From: Thermoplasmatota archaeon
GTDB lineage: Archaea > Thermoplasmatota > Penumbrarchaeia > Penumbrarchaeales > Penumbrarchaeaceae
NCBI GenBank assembly: GCA_029762535.1
Contig: JARVGK010000027.1
Coordinates: forward strand, 1-42,089
Length of the DNA stretch: 42,089 nt
Direction of reading: 5' to 3'
The number at the start of each line of letters is the position of its first letter. The stretch's first letter is position 1. The notes below the pieces were generated by a model. The model ran no database searches. It saw only the letters and a program-made list of their open reading frames with translations, and was not told the origin of the DNA. The position numbers and the translations under genes are program-made. This document shows positions 27,344 through 35,854 of this stretch, piece by piece.

Positions 27344-29227
27344 TCAGAGCGGGTCTGCCCCGATCACCTCTCCGGGGAGGTTACCGTAGAAGACCTCCAC
27401 CTCATCGTAATCGTCCTTGGCCAGGCCGAGGATCGAGAAACCCAGATGCTCGAACTTCGCAGGATGGATCGGACCCACGTCCCATTCTATCGCATCGCCC
27501 TTCATCCTGTAGCTCTCAGGATAGATGCCCTGTATGAGGGCCTGAGGGACCTTCACCATCACCCTGAACTTCCGGGGTTTGGCGGTGTAGTTCTGAGCCT
27601 TGATCGTGACCTCGGTCACGCTGTCGGAACCATCCTTGGAATTCCCTTCTGTGTAATGGATCCCGGAATCGATGACCACTATGTTCATTATCTTCGTGAT
27701 GACGGGGTCGAGGGGCGGAATGGGCTTTCCCATTATGGAGGAGCTCTTCTTGGCTATCTCCGGGAGTATCTCCCTGACAATGGAGTATTTCTCCGAGACC
27801 TTCTTGAGCTTCTGCCTTTTGTTGATATGGGCCTTGACCCTCCTTCCAAGGGCCTGGAGAGCCCTGGTTATCTCGTCTATGATCTCATCGACGTCCGCCA
27901 CCGCTTCCTTCGATTCAGATGTGAAGGGAACGTTCGTGGAGGCGACATGAACGAGTATCATCGCAGGTCCGTACGGGATGCCCCTGCCACCTTTCTGTTC
28001 CAGACCATAGGGTCTCCAGTTGATGTTCTCGATCGCGTGGGTCATGGCACAGCCCCCCTGCTGGTACAGAAGAGGGACCCTGTTGGCGAATCTCAATATC
28101 TTCACCGGACCCCCGGCCTCCAACTCCCCGCCGTAGACGATCCCTGCCTCCACCTGGAAGGGCGTTCCCCTGAACACCCCTGGCTCCCTCGTGACGGTGT
28201 ATGCGAACTTCGAATCTATCTCCTTGCGAAGCCCTTTCCTTATCAGATTGTCGCCGATCGGGGATAGGCAGTCTGTCGGAGGGGACATGAAATTGGTGGC
28301 CTGGAAGGCATCATAGAGCATCTGGACCTCATCGGGAGACAACAGGTGCGGTTTCTTGTTCTCCCCGATCCCGGACCTCTCCAGGATCTCCTTTGCCCCC
28401 CTAGGGGAAATCCTGGAATACTCGGTAATGAGAAAGGAGGACATCTTCCTTGCTTCAGTATTGTGGAGCATGGATTTGAGGACCCCCAGCTCGATACCGT
28501 GGGGGTGTGGTTTGATCTCTTTGGCCTGGTCCGGGACCTTTTGAACGACCCTCTCGAACCTTCGCATCTCCCCGTCCGGGTCCTCGAAGGTTATCTCGAC
28601 ATGCGGGTTTACTATGGCGGTGGCCTTGAGGTACTCCAGTACGCTCTGCTTCTTCTCCCTTGAGTAGCGCCCCTCGATCTCGACCTCTATCTCGGTACCG
28701 TGAGGCGGGTCCCACAGGACCACCTGTTCCGATAGAACCTGCGGCCTGTTCCTCTTGGTGTCGATCATGATCTCCATTCTGTAGCACGGATGATCATCGC
28801 CGATCTTTGAGATGACGGTCGCGGGCTTGCCCGTTGTGAGCTGACCGTATAGGACCACGGCCGAGATCCCGATCCCCTGCTGCCCCCTCGATTGCCTGAT
28901 GGCATAGAACCTCGAACCGTAAAGGAGCCTCCCGAAGACATGAGGTATCTGTTTCTTGACGATCCCGGGGCCGTTGTCCCTGACCTTTATTATGAATCGG
29001 TCCTTCTGAGGGCATCGAACTATCTTGACCTGTATGGAGGGCAGGATATGCGCCTCCTCGCAGGCGTCGAGCGAGTTGTCCACGCCCTCCTTCACGGAGA
29101 CAAGCATCGCCTTCGATGGATTGTCGAAGCCGAGTATCTGCCTGTTCTTGGCGAAGAAATCCGATATGGAGATCTCCTTCTGCGACTGCGCCATCTTCTC
29201 TGCGTACGGAGTGGCCACCTTACTCAC
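27344..29227 (-). CDS. top6B: DNA topoisomerase VI subunit B
   Basis: KEGVDNSLDACEEA, DNGPGI, SRGQQGIGIS, HPHGIE, RFANRVPLLYQ, FTSESKEA. Confidence 0.97.
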   Translation of the reverse strand: MSKVATPYAEKMAQSQKEISISDFFAKNRQILGFDNPSKAMLVSVKEGVDNSLDACEEAHILPSIQVKIVRCPQKDRFIIKVRDNGPGIVKKQIPHVFGRLLYGSRFYAIRQSRGQQGIGISAVVLYGQLTTGKPATVISKIGDDHPCYRMEIMIDTKRNRPQVLSEQVVLWDPPHGTEIEVEIEGRYSREKKQSVLEYLKATAIVNPHVEITFEDPDGEMRRFERVVQKVPDQAKEIKPHPHGIELGVLKSMLHNTEARKMSSFLITEYSRISPRGAKEILERSGIGENKKPHLLSPDEVQMLYDAFQATNFMSPPTDCLSPIGDNLIRKGLRKEIDSKFAYTVTREPGVFRGTPFQVEAGIVYGGELEAGGPVKILRFANRVPLLYQQGGCAMTHAIENINWRPYGLEQKGGRGIPYGPAMILVHVASTNVPFTSESKEAVADVDEIIDEITRALQALGRRVKAHINKRQKLKKVSEKYSIVREILPEIAKKSSSIMGKPIPPLDPVITKIMNIVVIDSGIHYTEGNSKDGSDSVTEVTIKAQNYTAKPRKFRVMVKVPQALIQGIYPESYRMKGDAIEWDVGPIHPAKFEHLGFSILGLAKDDYDEVEVFYGNLPGEVIGADPL

Positions 29228-29302
29228 CCTGGAACTACCTGTCCTCTATCAGCTACATGATAAAAAACTGTCGGGTATGGTGTATGAAAGAAATCCCCTC
29301 TT

Positions 29303-30829
29303 TCACTTCTTCTTGAAGTATAGGTAGAGGAAGATAGCGGCCAAAAGCAGAGGGACGAGGGTCAGAATTAGCCCCATAGAGGTGACGCTGTAAACGTCGT
29401 ATATTGTCGGATCGTCCCCAAGGTATCCATACTCCAGAACCAGGATGACGAAGTTGCCCAACGCGTCCGCAAGACCGATGCATGCGAACACGAGGAACAG
29501 GAGGTTCATCAATCTGCTCATGTCGCCGGATATCTCCCGCTGCCGGCTATCCACGAACGTCCTCAGGACCTCGATCGTAGATGTGAGTATGACCCTGGAA
29601 TGCATCAGCTCCTCGGAGAGGGACCGCAGGGACCTCATCTCCTTATCGATGCGTTTGAGCATCACTTCGGATATAGTTAGAGGGGAGTCCTCTGTGGACC
29701 TGCTGTCGTATTCAAGGTTGATGATAAGCTCCTTGTCCTTGATGGAGAGCGCCATGTCCTGCAGCCTGCTGTTACCCCGAATGATGCCGTTCTCGACCTC
29801 GGAGACAAGGGAGAACTCCACCGAGGCCTTTGTAAGGAGCTCCTTCTCCATCCGATAGGTCTCCTTTTCCTGCTGCTTCTTGGATAACCCCTCTCCACCT
29901 GTGTAGTTAGGCGAGTACCTCTTCATATGCTCGTTGATCTCGTTCTGGAGAGTGAAGATCTCCTCTAAAAGGATGGCGCTCTTTGAGCGCAGGTCCGCCA
30001 GTTCGCCGACGATCGAATCCTCGAGCCTGGCCTTGATGAGCATCAGATCGATGATCCGTGATTTGATCCCGACGAGGTTGATCAGGTAGTTCTGACGCAG
30101 CTGGTATGTCCCTCTCTCCGGATCCTCGTCCTGCCGGTAAGGTGTCCTCTCCTTCACGGTTATCAGAGGATTGCGGTAGACCTCCTGGGTCTTGAGCGCC
30201 GATAGGTCGAGTTCCAGGAGCATGAACGGGTCCTTCGGAACGCCGGTCACCGCGGGGGAGAATCCCAGAAGGAAGAGCATCGCGTTGACGTTGCCGTGCC
30301 TCGCGGTGTTGACGAGGACCTTGCCTCCCAGGCCGAACAGCCTGTTGAGGTATGCGACATTGCTCTGATAGGTGTCGGAGGCGATCATCGGGAGCTTGTC
30401 GGTCGCGTCCCGGTCCTTGTACAGATACGATACGTCGGAGTACTTCTTGGTCCACACCGAATCCTCTGATCCGCACGTCAGAAGCGTGACGCAGGCGATC
30501 CTGCTCCCTTCGGCGGTATGCCCCTGAATGGCATCCTTTAGCCTGGAGATGTGCGGTTTCATCTCCTCGTATCTCACCTTGAAGAGATCTGGGGATATGC
30601 TGATCGAAGAGAGCCTTTCCTCGGCGAGGTCGAAGGCGAGCTCTACGGCGATCCAATCACCCTTCACGGAGGATTCGACCCTCATCCCGCTCCTGCCCTT
30701 GAAAAGCGACGCTGCGGCATCCTGGGCAGATGTGCCCCGGCCCTCCTTGGCCTTGAACAGCAGTATCGCGGATATCTTCGGATCGAACAGCGGGAACGTC
30801 CTCAATTTCGGCCACCGGCAGGGTCCCAT
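29303..30829 (-). CDS. Hypothetical protein with long coiled-coil region and two C-terminal TM helices (CorA-like topology)
   Basis: 508-aa ORF with host-like codon use; heptad-rich middle; TMs LMNLLFLVFACIGLADALG and MGLILTLVPLLLAAIFLYLYFKKK. Confidence 0.6.
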   Translation of the reverse strand: MGPCRWPKLRTFPLFDPKISAILLFKAKEGRGTSAQDAAASLFKGRSGMRVESSVKGDWIAVELAFDLAEERLSSISISPDLFKVRYEEMKPHISRLKDAIQGHTAEGSRIACVTLLTCGSEDSVWTKKYSDVSYLYKDRDATDKLPMIASDTYQSNVAYLNRLFGLGGKVLVNTARHGNVNAMLFLLGFSPAVTGVPKDPFMLLELDLSALKTQEVYRNPLITVKERTPYRQDEDPERGTYQLRQNYLINLVGIKSRIIDLMLIKARLEDSIVGELADLRSKSAILLEEIFTLQNEINEHMKRYSPNYTGGEGLSKKQQEKETYRMEKELLTKASVEFSLVSEVENGIIRGNSRLQDMALSIKDKELIINLEYDSRSTEDSPLTISEVMLKRIDKEMRSLRSLSEELMHSRVILTSTIEVLRTFVDSRQREISGDMSRLMNLLFLVFACIGLADALGNFVILVLEYGYLGDDPTIYDVYSVTSMGLILTLVPLLLAAIFLYLYFKKK

Positions 30830-30914
30830 TTACCGCTGCCGGAGTTATCAAGAACGGCGGTCTATTTAAATATTCAGATGCCAGGTTCGCGCGTGCGAAA
30901 TGTGATAGGATCTG

Positions 30915-31802
30915 TCAGGTCGGAGGATATGCGGCGCAGCATCCGGCGACCTGGACGATGTCGAACCCCTGTTCTTCTATCCAGTTCAAGGCCGCCCTGG
31001 AGGGCTGGACTATACCCGAGAAACCGTATCTCAGGACCGATATCTCAAGGTTCGGATCCCCCCTTGATCTCATGCACCCCAGGGACAATGAGGTTCCTTT
31101 GAGATCCGAGACCATGAGCCTGGCAAGCTCGAGGACCGCCTCTTTTTCAGGGGGCGGGGATCCCCATAAAGGAGTGCCTTTCGTTGGAATGTGAAGGATG
31201 AGGACCGCCATGTCTGGCCTGTATCCTTTGATGGCATGGACGGCTTCCTTCTCGGAGTAGAGATCGGGCCCTCCCAGTCCAGCGAGTATATGCGGAACGA
31301 CCCTGGCCCCCGTTGAACGCAGTGCGTCAAAGGAGAGCATGACATCCTCCGGAGAGACGTCGAGATGCATCACATCTTTCAGGACGCTCTCGTCAAGGAC
31401 CAGATCGAATGAGAAGAGGTCGGATCCTGCTTCCTTCAGAGCGTGAGCCTCCTCCTCGCTGATGATCCCCGGATGGACGTTGACGACCAGTCCCGTTCTC
31501 TCTTTCACTTCCTTGAGCTCGGAGAGAATGTGAGGGGGATATGCGACCCTCCCCGAGGGATCGGATCCTCCGGAGAGGAGGAATCCCTTCCCTCCTCTAT
31601 CCCAGAGGTCGAGCGCAGTCGAAAGCAGACCGCCCGGAGCGGAGACGTCCCTCATCGATCCCAGGTAATGCCCCCTGCAGTGATCGCACATGAGATCGCA
31701 ACGGGATCCCGTCGCGGAGAAGCTGGGGAAGGATCCCCCGGGCCTGTATATGGTTATGGTCCTTTTCACGATCCGGTCAGATGGATATTGATAATTAACC
31801 AT
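30915..31802 (-). CDS. Radical SAM protein, uncharacterised biotin-synthase-related archaeal family
   Basis: FSATGSRCDLMCDHC (CxxxCxxC), GFLLSGG, VVPHILAGL, LGCMR, C-terminal GCC. Confidence 0.88.
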   Translation of the reverse strand: MVNYQYPSDRIVKRTITIYRPGGSFPSFSATGSRCDLMCDHCRGHYLGSMRDVSAPGGLLSTALDLWDRGGKGFLLSGGSDPSGRVAYPPHILSELKEVKERTGLVVNVHPGIISEEEAHALKEAGSDLFSFDLVLDESVLKDVMHLDVSPEDVMLSFDALRSTGARVVPHILAGLGGPDLYSEKEAVHAIKGYRPDMAVLILHIPTKGTPLWGSPPPEKEAVLELARLMVSDLKGTSLSLGCMRSRGDPNLEISVLRYGFSGIVQPSRAALNWIEEQGFDIVQVAGCCAAYPPT

Positions 31803-31870
31803 TGCGATTGAACGGATCCATCATATGCAACAACAATATAACATATGCATTCTATATATTTATGCTCATA

Positions 31871-31905
31871 TAATATAATATAATATAATATAATATAATA
31901 TAATA
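31871..31905. repeat. (TAATA)7 microsatellite abutting the IS110 end
   Basis: Seven perfect TAATA units read directly. Confidence 0.95.
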
Positions 31906-31938
31906 TATATTTGGTATGAAGATAGGCGTGTGGACTGG

Positions 31939-33177
31939 TCAAGTGGCCACCGGTAAAGGGGTCAATGATACCTCAAACCCAAGGGCTTTCAACCGGTTCA
32001 CCGCGTTCTTTTTTGAATTTTCTTTGTGGAGCCTTTCCAGATAATCAGGACCCAGGTCTTTATATGGCTCACCGTTCTGGATCACATGAAAGGCAATACA
32101 GAGAATCTTATGGGCTATCGCTGTGATGGCTCTTTTCTGGCCACGACGATGAGCAAGCCTTCGGTATTTCTCTGACAGATAGTTACCTTTGGTCTTGGAT
32201 GCGGCCCACGCAGCCTCGGTCAAAGTCACCCTTAACCAACAATCGCCTTTCCTGGTCTTGCCGCTCATCCTTTTCCCGGCACTCTCTTTGTTACCTGGAC
32301 ACACACCAGCCCATGAAGCAAGTCTCTGAGGTGTCTGAAAAACTGACATATCGTCCCCAATCTCGGCAATGATCGATGCTGCACAGTGCTTATTTACACC
32401 AGGGATCGTCATCAGAAGTTCGTATACCTCTCGATAAGGTTCTAATTTCTCATCGATCCTTCTTTCAAGGTCAGCAATCCTTTCGCCGAGGTAATTCAGA
32501 TGATCGAATATCTCAGCCATCATGAATCGATGATGATCGGTGACATGCCCTCTCAACGCCTTGATCAGATCAGGTATCTTGGATCGAAGCCTACGTCTAG
32601 CCATGTCGGCGATCTCTTCAGGGGACGAATCACCTTTTATGAGAGCTTGAATCATATCGGTACCTGATATCGAGAACGTTTTACTCAGAACGGACGAGAT
32701 CTTTATGTTTGCGTCTTCGAGTATTTTTTGGAGTCTGTTCTTTTCAGCCGTTACGTTCTGGATGAGCTTCGTTCGGTACCGGACCAGATCCCTGAGGTCT
32801 CTGATGTCCCTTGGCGGTATGAAGCTATTTCTCAGGAGACCGTGCCTGAGCAATGTCGCGATCCACTGGCTGTCGTTGAGGTCAGTCTTTCTTCCGGGGA
32901 CGTTCTTGATCAACCTTGCGTTTACGACCATGACGATCATGGAATCCTCAAGGATGTTGAAGACAGGCTTCCAGTAAGTGCTAGTGCTTTCCATGGCTAC
33001 ATGGGAGCAATCGTTATCCAGAAGCCAAAGTTTCATCTTGAGTAGGTCCTCGGTCATAGTCGAGAAGCTCTTCTTGGTCTCTGTCACCTTTCCGTCGAGG
33101 CCTTCGATGAGCAGGCAGGCCACGATAATCGACTTATGTATGTCTAATCCACAACATCTTTTTAAAATCGGTTGCAT
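31939..33177 (-). CDS. IS110-family transposase (DEDD RuvC-like + Tnp20 domain)
   Basis: GLDIHK, AMESTSTYWKPV, RKTDLNDS, LMTIPGV..IIAEIGD, LASWAGVCPGNKESAGK (catalytic Ser), AIAHKIL. Confidence 0.97.
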   Translation of the reverse strand: MQPILKRCCGLDIHKSIIVACLLIEGLDGKVTETKKSFSTMTEDLLKMKLWLLDNDCSHVAMESTSTYWKPVFNILEDSMIVMVVNARLIKNVPGRKTDLNDSQWIATLLRHGLLRNSFIPPRDIRDLRDLVRYRTKLIQNVTAEKNRLQKILEDANIKISSVLSKTFSISGTDMIQALIKGDSSPEEIADMARRRLRSKIPDLIKALRGHVTDHHRFMMAEIFDHLNYLGERIADLERRIDEKLEPYREVYELLMTIPGVNKHCAASIIAEIGDDMSVFQTPQRLASWAGVCPGNKESAGKRMSGKTRKGDCWLRVTLTEAAWAASKTKGNYLSEKYRRLAHRRGQKRAITAIAHKILCIAFHVIQNGEPYKDLGPDYLERLHKENSKKNAVNRLKALGFEVSLTPLPVAT

Positions 33178-33188
33178 ATGTTGTCTCC

Positions 33189-33341
33189 GATGGCAAAGGA
33201 GGTAGTGTAGAGTAAGAAAATTTGGTATACGTGCTTCCCGAAGACGGGAGCGACACTATGTTGTTCTTTGAAGCTACCAGGTCAGTTTTTTTTTCGGGGT
33301 CGTAGCCTCCGAAAATAGATCGACCTTCATCCTTTGCCATC
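33189..33341 (-). ncRNA. Candidate IS110 bridge RNA in the transposase 5' non-coding end
   Basis: 12-bp closing stem GATGGCAAAGGA/TCCTTTGCCATC enclosing two stem/internal-loop/hairpin domains; loop sequences partly match the reconstructed target and donor junctions. Confidence 0.6.
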
Positions 33342-33495
33342 ACCACTTGAATGTAGGTCTTCCTAAAAATCCACACGCCCATCTTCATGCTATGTTGTGA
33401 GCCTTGGGCTCATGAGGGTTTATTTTAAATAAGTTTTATATATTTCTTTAGACATCATCTATCAAGATGAGAGAAGAAAAAGGAAGGTGACAAGA

Positions 33496-35544
33496 ATGAA
33501 GAAGGGAGCGACAATAATATGTGCGGCTTTTATGATCATGGGGGCATTCCTCATCATCAAATGGATCCCCGAAGCGTCTGCAACGACATGGACCGTGGGC
33601 CCCGGTCAACAATTCCAGACGATAGGACAGGCTCTTGCCGTAGCTCGGAGCGGCGATGACATTCAGGTTCAGTGCGGGACATACAATGAAAACCTTTTCA
33701 TAACCACACAGGGCATATCGATAATCGGTGTCCCGAACAATGGCGCCCGACCCATCATTCAAGCCCTCAATCCGAGTTTGGCGGTTGTTCATGTCGGGGC
33801 TAATGGTTTTTTCATGGAGCAGTTCGTGATAACAGGCGGTTCTTATGGAATATATTCGAATCAGGTTACCGGAAACCAGGCAAATCCCATCACCTTCTTC
33901 ATGTGTGAGATATACAACAATAATGTAGGCATAGGGATCGTCAATGGTGCTTATCATTATATAGATTATTGTGATGTTCATTCGAATGCACAGGATGGGA
34001 TACAGATCTCGGGAACGCATCATGAAATAACCTCTTCGAACATATATGAGAATGGGGGACACGGCATATACAGCGACTCATTGAGCCAATCAAAGATATC
34101 AAGTTGCAATGTTTGTACTAACGTGAATTCGGGTATATACATTTTCAATGCGAACAACAATCAATTATGGGCGACAAATATCTACCATAATAATTGGGAA
34201 GGTCTGTATATCAGTGGGGATAATAATGATATCGACGGTTATGGGGTTGCATCGATATTCAACAATTACTATTCAGGATCCGTTGGCGATACATATGATG
34301 TATGGATAAACGGGGACCATAATGCCATTACAGATTATGAGGTGTACCAGGATCCGGAAAGGAATTTCCAGAACAGGTACGGAATATATTCAGCGGGTCC
34401 CGGAAACATATATGGAAATGAAATAATCGATTGTAACGTTCATGGTTATGACGGTATGAATTGTGCCGGTGTGTCAATAGACTTTCCTGACAAGGTATTA
34501 GGTTACCTTACATGTATATATGATAATAATATTGGCTTGGTGATGGGTGCCGAAACGAAATTGGATTGTTATAATACCCAATATCAGGCCAATTCTGAAA
34601 ATTTCAAGGATAACAATATCAGCATTGTCGTTGAAGGTTACTGGGCGTGGATCAATCATACATATATAAGAACAACCGGTTCCTCCGATGGGAGAATAGG
34701 AATTCGTTTCGTTTCAGGAATGAAAATGAGCATAGTTAATGATTCAAAGATCGAGAATATGGAGATCGGCATAGAGATCCCATATTCGAATCCTGATGAT
34801 CCGGTGTTTCCTTCAAGTGAGTCTTACAACCAAATATACTACTGCGAAATTACGAATTGCAGGACGGGAATAGAGATAGATGAAGGAAATTATGATGTGA
34901 TATCTAGATCTGAGATAACGGAATGTGAGATCGGGATCTCCCTGATGGACAGTTTCAAGGTTGTTATCAATCACACGTCATTTGAAAGCAATTACGGGAA
35001 CGATCTCTCGGAGGTCAACGCAGGAATCTATATCTCAGGTGGCTCACATAATTTGATCGATTCATGTACTATGGAAAACCATTACAAGAGCATCTGGCTA
35101 TGTGATGGATCCTCCAATAACGAGATAAATAATACTGATATATCAGACCATACATTGGGAGGAATATCGAGCGGTACGTGGGGAGAAGATGACGTGGAGA
35201 TCGGCATATACTTACATCATTCCGCTAATAATAATATAACCGAGGTAGATTTCACTTATTTAGGATATTGCGTTGGTATCAATGCAAGTACAGATATAAA
35301 TATTATTGGAAAATTTCCAAATGAAAACGAAATGAAATATATCCAATATGAGGTCGTATATGCGGTAAATGATTCAACTAATATCTCATCTGGAAAGATA
35401 CATTATTATGGTGAGGTCGGATCGAGCTATTCGGTCTATCTTAGAGGTTATGATGAAGATACCAAGACATTATTTGTTTATCATAATTTATATGGTACAT
35501 GGACTATTTCGGGATCATACTACACATGGACGACTTATCAATGA
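33496..35544 (+). CDS. Secreted right-handed parallel beta-helix (NosD/pectin-lyase-like) repeat protein
   Basis: Signal peptide ending ASA; TWTVGPG..FQTIGQAL..GDDIQV..GTYNENL cap; many N..GI repeats; GGTGA upstream of ATG 33496. Confidence 0.8.
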   Translation: MKKGATIICAAFMIMGAFLIIKWIPEASATTWTVGPGQQFQTIGQALAVARSGDDIQVQCGTYNENLFITTQGISIIGVPNNGARPIIQALNPSLAVVHVGANGFFMEQFVITGGSYGIYSNQVTGNQANPITFFMCEIYNNNVGIGIVNGAYHYIDYCDVHSNAQDGIQISGTHHEITSSNIYENGGHGIYSDSLSQSKISSCNVCTNVNSGIYIFNANNNQLWATNIYHNNWEGLYISGDNNDIDGYGVASIFNNYYSGSVGDTYDVWINGDHNAITDYEVYQDPERNFQNRYGIYSAGPGNIYGNEIIDCNVHGYDGMNCAGVSIDFPDKVLGYLTCIYDNNIGLVMGAETKLDCYNTQYQANSENFKDNNISIVVEGYWAWINHTYIRTTGSSDGRIGIRFVSGMKMSIVNDSKIENMEIGIEIPYSNPDDPVFPSSESYNQIYYCEITNCRTGIEIDEGNYDVISRSEITECEIGISLMDSFKVVINHTSFESNYGNDLSEVNAGIYISGGSHNLIDSCTMENHYKSIWLCDGSSNNEINNTDISDHTLGGISSGTWGEDDVEIGIYLHHSANNNITEVDFTYLGYCVGINASTDINIIGKFPNENEMKYIQYEVVYAVNDSTNISSGKIHYYGEVGSSYSVYLRGYDEDTKTLFVYHNLYGTWTISGSYYTWTTYQ

Positions 35545-35854
35545 AAACAAGGGGAATAGGTTTTAATGATTTCCTATTACGACATATTATTAGAAACTAT
35601 AAAATTCAAACATAATATTCCGGATCATCAATATTTAATGTATGATATAAATAACGAGAAGTGCGAATATCGTAACATGGGAGCGGGAAAAAAATTAATA
35701 AGATTATCATCATTGATAATGAAAAATTTTATTTTTAAATCAGATATGATTAAAAAAACAAGTAAAACTATAAAAGAGTATAATAATTATAGATCGCTTT
35801 GTAATTTTTTAGAAGATTATTTTGTGTCATTATACCAAAAAGGTGATGGATTGC

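Larger units (their letters stand above)
31910..33421 (-). mobile_element. IS110-family insertion sequence (~1.5 kb) with 19-bp sub-terminal inverted repeats
   Basis: Intact transposase; ATGAAGATAGGCGTGTGGA (31916-31934) vs TCCACACGCCCATCTTCAT (33370-33388), 18/19 complementary; TTT at both inferred junctions; ends inferred, not proven. Confidence 0.8.

Noticed and set aside
26222-29260. Long + strand ORFs opposite top6A/top6B (and similar ones such as 12082-12948, 12510-13547 and 17332-18516)
   Set aside because: Antisense or alternative-frame shadows expected from GC-rich codon bias of well-supported genes
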